This document shows positions 27,501 to 41,072 of a stretch of 64,000 nt of DNA, in pieces (the stretch's first letter is position 1; each line of letters begins with the position of its first letter). Position numbers and translations under genes: made by a program. The notes under the pieces were generated by a model. The model worked only from the letters and a program-made list of their open reading frames with translations, was not told the origin of the DNA and did not search any database. Location: positions 62,001-126,000 of the forward strand of contig JBPGPT010000014.1 of NCBI GenBank assembly GCA_051047955.1, in the 5' to 3' direction. The DNA comes from Cystobasidiomycetes sp. EMM_F5. Lineage: Eukaryota.

Positions 27501-28448
27501 TTGATTGTACTGTACATGCCAATCAAATCTTGCTGCATCTTGTGTGTCAGCCCTATCAATTTGCGATAGTCATCCATGCTGAATCTCGAGCGGTTGACCT
27601 CCAACATGCTCGTTCCCAGCTTCTGCTGCAGTACACCATAGTCGGCGCGAATGCTTTGAGCCAGCCCATCCCGAACTGCCTTTTCTTCTTCGGTAATCTC
27701 CAGCGTGTAGCTCTTGATGATGAGACTACGATGCATCTAAGCGTGTTGTAGAAATGATGATTCGTATAGCTTGCACTTACTGTGCAAATGTTTTGATATG
27801 GTCAAGCGAAGTGACCAGGGTTCGTCTGAGTTCCTTTTCTGAAGATATCGGCAGAATGGCAAGGTTCACTACAATGACAATGGCTCCTCCAAGAGCATAA
27901 GATTTGAGATAGTCTTCCAAGTAACGCGGGTTAAACCCGTAGGGCGGGGCGGCCAGAGACTGATATCGTAGGCGTCAGCTGCAGATACGGGAAATGTTGT
28001 GTATGGCACTCACCGTGTAGACACCAGCAAAGGCTACAAGAGTACCCAGCAGTGCGAAACCGAAGAAGATTATAGATTTTGCCTTGAACAGGGCGAAGAA
28101 ATAGATTATTATTGCAAGCACGAAACCTTGAGCGACTGGGCTTGAAGATAGAAGAGCCAGGATGGCGAATGCCCCACCTCCCAGACCGACACCGAGCATG
28201 CCCAGAATGACTCCAAACATGCACTGTCCAGTGTTAGCTCCTGGCATGGCCGCTACCACAACGACGACAGCTCCGGAGAGGGTAATTGGAAAGCTGAAGG
28301 CCGAACGAACTTTATCGCTCATGACCATCACGACTAGGGCCATGTAGGCCAGTGTGGCTTTGAAGATTGAAATCCACGTGCGGGTGGGCACCTTTCGAAC
28401 TTCATGGAGCTTGTCAGAGACCACCTTGGCTGGGTTGAAGCCTGCCAT
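24577..28448 (-). CDS. Polytopic membrane protein, ArAE/FUSC-like putative transporter
   Basis: Two clusters of TM segments separated by a long soluble region, with LMAFAKLEP near the C-terminus. The family call rests on architecture. Confidence 0.65.
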
Positions 28449-28817
28449 GATGACATAAGACTGGTGGAAGGTTGTATTGCTTCTCTTGCTCCCGGCGGTA
28501 GACGGTGGAGATGCTTTCGGCTCGTGAAGCGAGCAACAAGCAACCCGATACTGTAAGCGCGTCTTGAAGCCAGAGGACAGCTGAGAAATCAGGAGTCGCA
28601 ATTTGAGCAGTCAGGACAGCAGCATATGAGAATATTTTGGCAGCAGTCGCAGCTATTAGAAGGCAAGTCGCACCGACTCGGTCTCTTTGTGACCCGAGCC
28701 AGCTGCAGGAGCCCGATTACAGCTGTCTAGCAGCGTGTCAAGGTCAAGCGAGAGTCGTGCAATATCTCCAATTGCATTACTCCGACCCCTGCCAGACCTG
28801 ACGCTGTATCGAACATC

Positions 28818-29858
28818 ATGTCCAAGCAGGCCAACAGGCGTCTACAGAAAGAGTACGCCTCATTAGCGAAAGCGCCACCGCCATTCATTCTCGCCCGGCC
28901 TTATGAGAGCAATCTGTGCGTCTACACTGTGTCCAGAGCTCTACTTAGTCGCAATTTATCGCTGAACTAATGGCGTCCGCTTTGTGGAAACTGCAGGCTC
29001 GAATGCCACTTTATCCTACGCGGCCCAAACGATTCACCCTACGCAGGCGGAGAGTACCATGGAGTGCTCATGTTTCCTCAGCAATGTTTGTCTCTGTATA
29101 GTGTGCTCGTGGCTTCCCTCGTTCTGATCAGCAACATCGTACAGATCCCTTTGCTCCTCCAGGCATAAAGATGTTTACACCATCCGGCAGGTTCTACCCA
29201 GACAAGAAGCTATGCACATCGTTCAGCGACTTTCATGCTGGATCTTGGAATCCGGCGTGGTCCGTCTCGACAATCCTTACTGGCCTTTTGAGCTTTATGC
29301 TATCCGATGAAATTACAACCGGTTCTATGCGGACTACCGACGCAGACAAGAAGATACTAGCACAAACATCACACGCCTGGAATCTGTGAGTCTTGGTCCT
29401 GTAATATGTCATCCATCTAATTGACAAGCGGCGTCCATACTGTATCAAATATAGGAAAAACCCGAAATTCAAGGCTACTTTTGCAGACTACGCTACGCCC
29501 GAGATGAAGACGTTGCCAAACATGGGAGAGTCTGATCTAGGGAAATCAGACTCGAGCGAGCCACCGTTACCGAAACATCTTGGAAATCCTGATGGATCGA
29601 CGGCCAGTTTGCAAGCAAATGGCAAGGCGGAACAACTGAGTACGTCTATGGCAAACGTATCAATACAAACAAATTCGTAAGCATATCGCATTTGACACAA
29701 TATTCTGGCTGAGCGCCTATCTTGTCAGTGCAGCGGAACCAGGGCAGGCAGCTGACAGCGGTGTTCCGCCCGCGTCAAGGTCCTCGAGGCGGAATCTCAT
29801 CTACGCTGTTGGCATTCTAGTGATTGCTGCGGTTTTAGCGCGGCTACTAGGCGCGTGA
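28818..29858 (+). CDS. UBC6: ER tail-anchored ubiquitin-conjugating enzyme E2
   Basis: RRLQKEY, MFTPSGRF, LCTSFSDFH, WNPAWSVSTILTGLLSFM and a C-terminal TM (LIYAVGILVIAAVLA). Confidence 0.95.
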
Positions 29859-30051
29859 GCATGTTAGTCCTGATTAGCGCATGGTTAAATTGATATATTT
29901 GCGATTGTGTAGAGTGTACTGTAGTACAATGTTTTTGCGCACACTGACTCTGAGCTGCCGCGACTAGGACTGTTACTCAATGCCATATGCACCCTCACCT
30001 TTTGTGTCGCGCCAGCCAAGAACTGAAGATCGACATTATAGATTGACGATC

Positions 30052-30775
30052 CTACAAAAAACCTCGTACTCTTCCGCCTCTTTTCCCACCTGATGTGGCT
30101 GTCACTGTGACTGTCACAGTGGGCTGCGTCTCAGTCGGCCAACCAGTCTGAATGCTGGTCACTGACGAGGTCGCGGCGGGATAGACTTCGACCACTATAA
30201 TCTCAACCGTAACCGTCCGCAAGATCTCTGCCACGTTCTGTCCTGATCCTCCTGTGCCATCTCCGTTGCAGGTGCCATCGAACACGTATCCGTTGGGCTT
30301 GCCTGCACGGTAAAGATCCTCAGCAATGCCTTGCTGATCGTGCTAATTCTCGCTACTCACTTCTACATGCTTCACACCCAGGACCCCACGCTGTGTTGAG
30401 CCACAAGCCTCGATTTCCTGCTCCATTGGCACCGCCGGCGCAGATGCAGTAATCGTAATTGTCGGCTCCGCCCACGCAGCGATTTTGTTCGTGATTGCCC
30501 ATGTTACACGGATAGCTTTGCATGGCGGTATTACAAACGCCAGTCCCAATGACGTCGAGATATGAGCGGCCGCGCAGGCTTTTCATGTCGTTCGATAGCT
30601 CTGCTGCCCGCACGCGCAGTAGACTGGTGACGTTGGCACGGGGGGAGCCTTGTTGATTATTCAGATAGGAGACTGGGTTGCTAGGAGAAGGTTTGGTGGA
30701 TAGTGTCACAGCCTGTACAGCCTGAGCGAACAACAGGCTGCACAGCAAGGAGACTGGAATTGTCAACGATTTCAT
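30052..30775 (-). CDS. Small secreted Cys/Gly-rich protein with Thr/Val-rich tail, function unknown
   Basis: Signal peptide MKSLTIPVSLLCSLLFAQAVQA; one GT-AG intron joins two ORF-track segments in frame; 8 Cys in the mature region. Confidence 0.75.
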
Positions 30776-31023
30776 GGGTAGATGATTATGGCATTCGACC
30801 TGGTCACCAGCGGGTCAAGAACAGACACAAGAGTAGACAGGACCGGGCACAGATTAAATTCAAGAGTTGGAAGAAGTAGATGTTGGTTCGACGAGCTTCC
30901 GGTTGGACCCCGGGCTCGATATACGGGTCTAACGGCAGTAGATACTGTACGTAATTGCATTCGCATTTGAGACAGGATTCCCCGAAGTTCATGTAGGCGA
31001 CCTGTCTGTTCGCAACCTTTGCA

Positions 31024-31608
31024 TTACATCGACTTGACCAGCTTTCCAATTCGGGAGGACAGAGTTGGCTGATTCGTGTCGGCAGCTGATGGTCTGTTGC
31101 GACGCAGCAGGTCGATCATGCGAGTAGGCACTCCCTCGACTTCTGCTTCCAATTCGACGAGTCTTTTACGTGCATCCAACATCTTTCTGCGCGCCTCGCC
31201 CTGCTTGACTTCGTAGTACGCCCGTCTCTCCGTATATCGTACTTCATCCGCGCGCAACGCCGCGAGGCCGGCCGAAGCGTCAGCCAACGATGGACAGACA
31301 CTATCCATATCTTTCCGTACAGCCGCCAAGAACATGGTATAGTAGTGGACCTCCTTTGCGTAAGCGGTGCTGAGAGTGGCCCAATGTCTTACATCGCTGC
31401 GTACGCGGACGAGCTGAAAGTCCAGAGGGTGGGGTTGGGGACACCAGTACCATTCGTGCTCAGCACTAAGATGCTTAGCGTGATTGTTATACGTGCCCAA
31501 CAACAGCTCAGTCAGGGTGTTCACAATCGAGCCAAACGTTCTGTAAGTTAGGGCTGCGATGCTTGCACCAGTGCCCGGGAGCTGCTCTTCGCCTGTAGTG
31601 GAGTTCAT
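31024..31608 (-). CDS. Hypothetical intronless protein (194 aa) with coiled-coil-like C-terminal half
   Basis: ATG-initiated ORF with protein-like composition; no recognised family. Confidence 0.5.
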   Translation of the reverse strand: MNSTTGEEQLPGTGASIAALTYRTFGSIVNTLTELLLGTYNNHAKHLSAEHEWYWCPQPHPLDFQLVRVRSDVRHWATLSTAYAKEVHYYTMFLAAVRKDMDSVCPSLADASAGLAALRADEVRYTERRAYYEVKQGEARRKMLDARKRLVELEAEVEGVPTRMIDLLRRNRPSAADTNQPTLSSRIGKLVKSM

Positions 31609-31886
31609 TAGCGCAGAGTCGCAGAGTGACTAAGGTCAGCAGTTATCTTCAGATTGTGGAGTCTTTGACACCTTTCAGTACTGAAATTTGGTTAGCATAG
31701 AGCTGGCCAAACAACCCGTTTACCAGCCGAAACTTTCAATCCAGAAATGTTAACTTATGAATATTCCTTACGTAGTGGATCGGTGATTTATGCGTATGAT
31801 ACAGAAGCCGACTCTTGGTCGTATTCGTCAACAGAACGTCCAGCGAACTCGTTTTGTACAAGGTCAAGAAATCATCGCGCCAACCC

Positions 31887-32669
31887 TTACGATTTCTGCA
31901 AGGCCATCTTGTGGCCGTGGGAATACTTCAATGGGCGACGAGTACATTCTGCCCCATCCATGGCTGTATGTTAATTTCAGTCAAACGTGGCCAGGAGATG
32001 TGCGTAATGTGCGACTCACTCGGAATATACCCTCTCTGGCAACTCAGAATCTGGCATTGCCCTCCGCTACACCCGACTCCGTCGGCGTGCTTGATCTTGG
32101 TACAGTCTGTGCCTTGACCAGTGGAGGCGCAGCCACCACAGGATTCGAGTGAAGTCGATATATCCAGGCACTCGAAGCCGCCGGGACGAGCACTCAAAGA
32201 ATATAGCATATGTTCTGAAGGACCGTCATCAGATGGGAATTGATCGAAGCTTTTTGAGCCTCGGATTGGACAAGCTCTGCAATGGGCAAATTAGTAGGCC
32301 TTCATCAAGCGCGGCTTGGATACTTACGATTCGCCAGCGGGACATAACGAAATAGGCTTTGATAACCGTTGCTTGCGGTGTTGCTTCGTCTCCTTGCACA
32401 AATGCATCGTGCCCAAGTACCCTTCGTCGCACTCAACTTTGCAAGAACCGCTCTCGCAGTATACTCGTCCATGCGCCTTGGGCGGACAGACGTGGCCAAT
32501 CAGACCACAATTGTTCTGAGGGATATTCCGATCAGCTTGGAGCCCGTAATCTGACTCGGTCGAGCTGCAGGACGTAACTTACTACATCGGACTTGACATC
32601 TATCGCCCGCGCCAGGCTGATGTGCGACAGTGTCCATAAGATTATCACCGACGCTACCAGTGACCGCAT
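31887..32669 (-). CDS. Secreted CPL1/PriA-like Cys-rich protein
   Basis: Four-exon model: signal MRSLVASVIILWTLSHISLARA, DVNNCG..C, LCPAGESACPI, GFECLDISTSLESCGGC and DCTKIKHADGVGCSGGQCQILSCQRGY. Confidence 0.85.
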
Positions 32670-33312
32670 ATTCTCGAGATTTGTATCGTGAGAAGCTGTG
32701 AATAGAGCCCAGCAACTAGCCCTCAGTCGCAACTGCGCAACTGTCGATGTCCTGCGTGTGGTCGACCTCTGTGGGAAATGAGTCGTCAAGGGCAGAACCA
32801 GCTGCAGATGGTGTCGAGCAGCTGTACGGCAGCAGAAGAAGTGAGTTGACAAGCATGAACATGGCTCGCTCTGGCCCTCATCAGCTCGGTTGGCGTTTGC
32901 ATTGTCTTCCTGCCATTTTGGGCGGACCCATGATTCTAATTCATTTGCATCCGGATATGGTAGGAGATGTGCGGGTGCAACGACATTAGCATGATGTACG
33001 AAGTCTACCATTGCAACTGCAACTGCGCTGTCGACATTCGATATTCATGTGTAGGCAACATTGCAGCTGGTTGGACGAAAGTAACACTTCGCGAGTCGCG
33101 ACCGATTCTCATCAACCTTGGATAGCCTATCTCAGCCCAAACAGGCGACGAAAGATGTCTGTGTCTGCTAGCACAATTGTCGTATAGACATCCACAAACT
33201 GCACTGAACTTGTTGAAACAGTACAACGTGATTTTTTAAGGGTCGTTGAGACCCGATACACTGACCTATGCGCATACTGAAACGCTCCTCAAACCCATAA
33301 CTGACAGCGAAC

Positions 33313-35107
33313 TTATTGACCACCACTCTCCGTTGATTGTGGCTCTGCAGCGGGAGCCTGAAGCTTGCTGGTATCCGCAATTCCCGGGAGCGGGAACGCG
33401 GTAGCAAAAGCCTTTACATCCTCTGCGAGCTGCTCAAGCTGCTTGCGCCCTTCTCCACTGCCCTCGGTAGCGACGCGAAGGAAGTCCTTGAGGAGCTTGC
33501 TGCCAGCCTCCTTTTGCAGAGCGAGCGAGATTTGAACAGCACGATGGAGGAAGTCGGCAACCTTGATCATTTCTGGTTCCTTCATGCTGCGTGAAGTCAG
33601 GGCAGATGTCCCAACTCTCACACCTCCTGGAACCTGAGCGGATGTATCGCCGACTACTGCATTCTTGTTGAGCGTGATGTGGCACAAGTCGCACACCTTT
33701 TCAATCTTTGATCCGGTGAGACCAAGTGGTCGCAGATCCCACAGGCAAAGATGGTTCTCGGAACCGCCAGTCTGGAGCTTGTAGTCGTGCTTGACCAGCT
33801 CGTCTGCGATTGTCTTGGCATTACGGATGACTTGGGCAGCGTATTCCTTGAAAGCTGGGTCGGCTGCTTGTTTCAAGGCAATGGCGATACCGGCAATGGT
33901 CTGAGGACAGGTATAATGGTGTCAGTGGCGTGTCGTACACTGTAGAAGTTGGATACTCGGACTCACGTTGTTGTGCGGTCCACCCTGGCACGCTGGGAAG
34001 ACACCGTCATTGATACGCTTCTCGAGATCAGACTCCTTGTCCTTTCGGAAGAAAATCATGCCTGCTCGTGGTCCTCGAAGCGTTTTGTGACTGTGGAATC
34101 ATCAGTTTATGTCGTTGTTCTCACCTCTGCCACACTCACGTAGTAGTGCAGACTACATCGCAAAACTCGAAAGGGTTGTTTTGCACCTTCGCGGCAACCA
34201 GACCAGAGATGTGTGCGATGTCGGCCATCAGATACGCTCCCTGCTTGTCGGCAATCTTGCGGAGACGACCGTACTCCCAGTCACGTGGGTAAGCCGAAGC
34301 TCCGCAGATGACAATTCTGGGCTTGAAGAGGTTGGCATTCTTGTCGAGACCGTCGTAGTCAATTAATCCAGACTTTGGGTCCACTTGATAAGGTAAAGAT
34401 TGGAAATAGATTGAAGAGGCTGAAATTTTCCGTTTAGGAGTGAAAGCACCTATTTGAACTGAGTGTTAGTACATATCGGGATGCAAAATAGTGAACACTA
34501 TGCGACCATGTGTTAGATGTCCACCATCTGGTAGACCTAGTCCCATAATGCGATCTTGCGGCTGAATCATGGCGGTAAAGGCGGCAAAATTGGCGGTAGA
34601 TCCAGAGTATGGCTGGACATTGACACCCCAGATCTTTGGGTCGAGGTCGAACGCAGCAAGCGCACGTTGCTGACATAGCACTTCTAGCTGGTCGATGTAT
34701 TCGTTTCCTCCGTAGAACTATCAATGCAGCGTGTCAGTCGACGTTGAAAAGAAGGGAAGGAGTGTAGCCATACACGAGCGCCAGGAAGACCCTCAGAGTA
34801 CTTGTTCGTGAGGACTGTGATGTTATTTAGTAGGCGCGACCCTCCGATGCAGACGACTTCAGCATACAAGATCCATTGGCTTCCATCACGGCCATGCTCG
34901 TCAAATTTTCGGAAGCGATGAGCTCGAGCCCGCTAAATTGCCTGTAAGTCTCATTTTGGATGAGCTTGTAGACTTCACTGTTGGTGAATATCGGCTCGTC
35001 AATGAAACGCGTTTCGCTTCTTTCTCGGCAAAAGTGGCATACGGGTCTGCTTCTTCGAGCGGCTTGTAGAGACAGGCATTCTGCAGACATACGGATTCAG
35101 CAACCAT
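33313..35107 (-). CDS. SHM2: Serine hydroxymethyltransferase (cytosolic type)
   Basis: [52 protein letters not shown] and GVRVGT. Confidence 0.96.
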
Positions 35108-36362
35108 GGCTGAGAATTTTACAAGATACTGTTGCGTACAAAATCTGTCGGCACTTGAGTAGCCATTTTGGTTGCAGACGAGCTCAGGAAGCGAGGTCGA
35201 TTTATAACTGGGCGAGAATGCGACGCGACTGATACCTGTCTCGAGCAAAGGGTTCTGAGCAGGGAGGTCGACGAAGCGCGAATGCTCATATGCCGGTATG
35301 GTCAGGTGTGCTTGGAAAAGTCGGGTTTCAACAGATTTGCTAGCAAAAAACTGGGCAGGCATCGCTCGTTCGCAGGTTTCCCCTGAAAACGATCGAGCCG
35401 CTTTTTAGTCCGCTGACCCCGGTTTGTCTGGCAGCTAGTACTGGACAATCGTTGCATCAAAGACCTGTGAACGCCTTGCGAATGAATCCGGACGGCCTTC
35501 TTGCCATGACTTTGGCGCGCTTGGACGGGATCCTCCGTGTGCTTGCGTGTCCGGCAAAGCCCCGCATTCACGATGAAAGGTCGACAACCATGAGCTCTTG
35601 ATAATGTTGCTGATGCACCAACAAACCCGCTAACGAATTAGTCTCTGCTACGTCGGAAGGGTCTCAAGCAGCTTACAAACATTATTCTAACAAACCCCAC
35701 CGGCACGCACAAATGACTGCATCCGCAGGCTTTACATCTTGCAAGGACAGCATGACGGATCGCAGCAAGGTCGCCGAGGCTTCAGCTACATCCTGGCATT
35801 CTACCCCATACCGACTCTTCGTTCTGGCGATCCTCCTCGCTCATCTTTGGATTGCGACTAACGATGGTACCGGATGGAATATACCGCGCACGAGTGGCAT
35901 ATACGCAAGCAACAAACTCGCACTCCTCGACGGGTTCGTTGGTATCGTCAGAATAGTGGTACTCGTTTGGGGACTATGCTTGCCAGACTCGGCATTCCGA
36001 ACAGACACCATCACTACCAACAAATCCGCTTGATCAGCCTATACTTCAGCGCAATTTCATGCTCCCTGGCGGCTAGCGGAGGACAGTATGAAGAGGTGTG
36101 ATGGGCAACACGGGTCCCATGTATACCTCCATTGGTGTATCTCAAGATCTCAAGCACACATTCTTGAAATGTCAGTCCCAATTCCCGGGATGCCGAGACC
36201 AATAGAAGCACGTATAGAAGCCAGACTTTGCATGTTGCGATAGTTTGAAGCGCTTTAGCAATTTGGTATGGTGGCAAAGTAAAAGATATCGCCGACTGCA
36301 AAATTTCGATGATTGCCGCGTCTGCTTGGTTTCGGACACGATCCATTTGGAGCTGTACGAAT

Positions 36363-39000
36363 ATGCTTGCAAGACGTCTATATGGTGCTAGCTTAGGGCG
36401 GCTCGCGCAAGCGAGGTTACGTCGTGAGTTTCCGTGCTGCCTGAAAGCTGCTGCGACAGTCGCAATTTTTAACAATGATGCTCGAACACGTTCTCATCAT
36501 CAGCTGGCCTTGTACAAGCTACTCAAAGGTCTATACGATGGGAGTCTTCGTATCCCTCTACTTCCTCACAATCACCTTCGTCTTCTCTAGATTTCGATAA
36601 TTTGCTACAGAAACCTCGCAGAAGTTCCACATCAAATAGAACAAACACTTTCACCAGATCAAGCGAACCCTATGTGAAAAGCAGCGGTGGCAAAGAAGCA
36701 GTCACAGAAGCGTTGCGGCAGGAGAATGAAGTCGACGAAACAGGCGATGGCGAGGATTTACAGCCAGATCTTCAAGCTTTAGCGAGCGAGGATAGACAGC
36801 CTGCCAAGACTCCGTTGACTGCACGCGAGAAGACCGAAATGGCTGGACATCCTCCCGATAGCTTTAATTCGCTCAAAGGCTACGTATCCTACGACATTTT
36901 CAAAGCTCTCACAGATCGACCGTTTCGCTTCACAACAATGTCAGTAGTGCAGGAGAAGGTCTTTGGTCTCCTTCCAGAGCTATCGGAAGCTTCTGCTAGA
37001 GGTGCACAACCAGATCCAGTTGCTGAAGATGTCGATACCGAAAAGAGAGGAAATCGATCCATCGCGACAGATCTTCTGATTAAAGCAAAGACAGGGACGG
37101 GAAAGACGTTGGCTTTCCTTGTGCCAGCCGTCCAAGGTCGTCTGCAAGACATCAAACAGGCTGAGAAGGAGTATCTCCTCCAGAACCCAACGTGAGTTCC
37201 CTTTCTTGGAGTAATAGAGCATGCATGCGAGCCGGAATATTGACGATTGTGGGTCTCCCGAATAATAGTGCGGACAAGAACTCTAAATCACGATACATTG
37301 CCAATCTTGTCAAAACTTCCGTCGGTACAGTGATTCTTTCGCCAACGCGTGAACTGGCAACACAAATCGCCACGGAGGCGACACGCCTCACGTCACACAT
37401 CGATGGCTTCAAGACGCATTTGTGGATCGGTGGTGCATCCCGCATGATGCAATTGCGCGAGTTTAGCAGGTTCAATAACCGCAAAGACATCATCGTCGCA
37501 ACGCCCGGTCGTCTAAACGATATGCTGTCTGAGCCTGCCGTCGCTGCAGCTGTAACTCAGGCCAAAACACTCGTCTTCGATGAGGCTGACACACTCCTCG
37601 ATATGGGGTTCAGCAAAGAAATCGACGAAATCGTCTCCCGCCTCCCACCAAAGGAGTCTCGCCAAACCTTCATGTTCTCAGCGACCGTTTCGAAAGATAT
37701 CCAGCAAATCGCGAGGAAATATCTCAAGCGCGAACATACGTTTGTAGACTGTGTTCCACTGAACGAAACCAACACGCATGACAAAGTCCCTCAATTTGCG
37801 ACCGTTGTCGATACGGCCGACGAACAAATTCCACACGTTCTGCGTTTGCTATCGCGCGACGCTCTGCTGCATCCTGATGGCGGCAAGGCCATAGTCTTCT
37901 GTCCAACAACCAAGATGACGCAGATGGTCACCCAGATGCTCGCCGGCATGAGGTCCGAACTGCCGTGGGGTACAGCAACCAAGGTGTTTGAGATTCACGC
38001 GCAGAAGAACCAGAGTGGTCGGGATCATACATCAGCTCGTTTCCGCGGAATATCTGGGCCTGGCTACTCGATTCTCGTCACCACTGATGTAAGCGCGAGA
38101 GGCGTTGATTATCCGGGAGTGACGCAAGTCATTCAGCTGGGCATACCGACGGCCAAAGACATGTACGTGCATCGCGTAGGCCGTACGGGTCGCGCTGGCA
38201 AAGATGGACGGGCGGATCTTGTCTTGTCACCGTGGGAGCGAAAGTACATTACCAACATCCTGCCAGAAATGCCCATCACAATACTGTCCCCGACAGTCTT
38301 GCAGGAAGAACTCGAAGCTCTTGCATCGGAGGCTGACTCCAAGCCTCAAGAGAACGCAAGACCTAGAGACTATCGTTCGAGACCATCTCTGCAAGGTGCG
38401 GGACCTCTGCTCCCTCGTATGCAGAACCTTGCCGAACACTTGAAAACTCGAGTCCTACCAATGCTGTCGGAAGAGGAGACCAGCATGCTTTTCGGCGCTC
38501 AAGTCGGCTTCTACGTTGGACACGGAATGGAGGTCGGCTTGTCAAAGATGTCAGTTTATAACAACTTACAAGAGAACATGCGAGACATGTTTGCCATGCC
38601 AACAACGCCCACACTCAGCCGCAGCCTTCTGACTAGAATTGGTGTCTCAGACAATGCGCAGAAAGGCTTCGGAAGTAGGGGTGGAGATCGCGGTGGCTAT
38701 GGCGGTTTTTCCCGCTCAGGAGGCGATAGCAGGCCGAGGAACGGCAGGTCAGATACAAGAGAAGGAGGGGGATATCAAAGTCGGAGACCTTCCTTCGATA
38801 GAGACAGTGAGCGCGGGTGGGGATCATCAGATTTCTCTCGAGGCGAGAGGTCCGGCGACTCTTATAGACCGAGGTTCGGTTCGTCTGACGGAGGCAGAAC
38901 CCCCTTCCGCTCTACTCTGCCCCGCAGCCCAAATAGGGATTTCACGAGGGGCGGCGGGCGGAAGCCTTCGTATTCGCCTTCGTCATTGGACGACTTCTAG
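36363..39000 (+). CDS. MSS116: Mitochondrial DEAD-box RNA helicase (Mss116/CYT-19-like)
   Basis: Arg-rich presequence MLARRLYGASLGRLAQARLR, AKTGTGKT, PTRELA, DEAD, SAT, RGVDYP, HRVGRTGRAG and a basic RGG tail. Confidence 0.85.
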
Positions 39001-39161
39001 TATGACTTAGTATGTTAATGCTTGGATATGTGTGACTTTGTTGTTGTCATTAGCACAGCTGTCATCTCCACTCACACACAATGCAAAGAGTCGCAGTCCC
39101 TGCTTGAAAATGCGTGTTGGGGTTGTACAAGTTGTTGATGCTATTTACGGTACCGGTATGT

Positions 39162-41072
39162 CTAAAGACTCTTTCGAAGTATGTGCACTTGATCCCTGAT
39201 TCGCATTCTCACAGGGCTGATTCGCTTCAGCCAATGACTGATGGATTCGCCTGTTTGCGGCACCAGGCATTGTCGAAGCGACACTTGTCCTGACAACGCC
39301 GATGAGCAATGCAATCGCTGTCGACGAAGGCCGGCCCAGCCTTGGATAGCAGTATGCTTCTGCCATTCTCTCGTATGCAGTTCTGGCTCGTGCACTACGA
39401 GATACTGAAAGTTGCGATATGCTCCAGAGTTACCTTTCGTAATATTTTCCGATTTATCCAATCTTGCAAGATTTGGCTGATGTAACAGATTCGTCGCACC
39501 TGCTAAGCGGGTGTATACGTCCAGATGAACCGTAGTATTCGTGAAATGATGATCACCTGATACTAAAAGTCGATTCATGGCAAGCATGGCATGGCCTCCT
39601 GGATAATTGTAGCTTGAGATGGCCGTAGACGTTATAGTCGCTACCAGAGAGGTAGCACAAACCATCAAGAAGACAAGGCTCCCGAAACGGCGACTGATAC
39701 TTCGCCTACTATGTTGTATAACTCAGAATTGCACCAAAACAACGTCGGCGGCTCAACTTACATAAATACGATACCAGCTGTAGCCAGTATATTCAAGAAT
39801 GGAATAGTGTAGACGATGAAGCGCCACTCTTTGTGTCTTAACGAGCTCATGGCTGCCAGGTACACCAGTATGGGTGCGCACATTCTTCTTGCACTTGGGT
39901 TCGAAAGGCCACCCAATATCGCTAGTGGGAGTGCTAGTGTCATGATTTTTGGTAGCGATGATGTGAAGTATGTGTGCCAGGGCGAAATCTGTGCAATCTT
40001 CTCTCAAAAAGACGTCTTTGTCGATTTACTGCCGCAGACTTACGCCCCATTCCTCGCTCCGCTTGTCTACCACGTTGAATAGGAGAGAATGCAGTTCTGG
40101 CCAAACAGAAGTACGCCAGAAATGCGAGTCGACAGACAAAGTGACACCTTTCCTTTTGCGTCAGATGAAACGGCTGTACGACAGGAGACCTGCTATACAT
40201 ACTTAGAGAAGCAAGGCCAGATGCTGCAATGGTGAAGATACCCTCAAGCCAATCTAGTCTTTGCTGGTACCAAGCTTGAAGTGCGAGGGGAATCAAGAGT
40301 CCCGCGAGTTCCAAGCGCAATATCACTGATAGGCATGTAAGGATCGCTAAACCGTATAGGACGTCAGGCCTTGACCACCGCCGGGTTTCTCTCTGCTTCG
40401 GTAGTAAGATGCATGTGATAGCAATTTGAGCTGGGGAGTGCAAAGAGTCAGGAGCGATCTTATACCGCGCATGAACGATGACAAGCGCTACCTGGGCCGA
40501 ATGCCAGCATATTCGGAATGGTGCGACCCAGCCAGAAGGGAATGTGAAATTGGCAAGCGGAGAGCAGCAGAAATTGACGGGAGGCGCGAGAATGAAAAGT
40601 GTCTCGAAGTCGACGTGCAACAAACACCAGACATAGCGAATTTGACAAGGCAAGCGTCCAGCGGACTGATCTCAAGTAAGCCATTTTTGCGAGAGCCAAA
40701 TATTGCAAAAAGACGTACTGATCATCTGTCGTAAGAGAGGGCTGCTGATATGTAAAGCTTTTGCAGCAGTGTATGTTGGCCAGCTGGCAATTGCTACTGT
40801 TAGTGCACCGACAAAGCTGCGAGGCAGCGGTCCAGTAAATGTGACGTGGTCATACTGAGAGAAACAGATTCAGCCAACGTTAAGAATTGGTCTGGAGTCA
40901 GAGGACCGACATTCTGCACGGCTTGCTTGGATATTCCGCGTTCCAAAATGTCATGGATTGCATGCAGATTGAAGCTTTCTTCGACTTTGGTAAACGGACA
41001 TATGGCGACGTGAACGAGGCAGACAGTGACGAGCAGAGCTTCGAGCGCGATGTCTGTCCATTGGGCACGCAT
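39162..41072 (-). CDS. ALG12: Alpha-1,6-mannosyltransferase (GT22)
   Basis: [39 protein letters not shown] and NYPGG. Confidence 0.93.
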
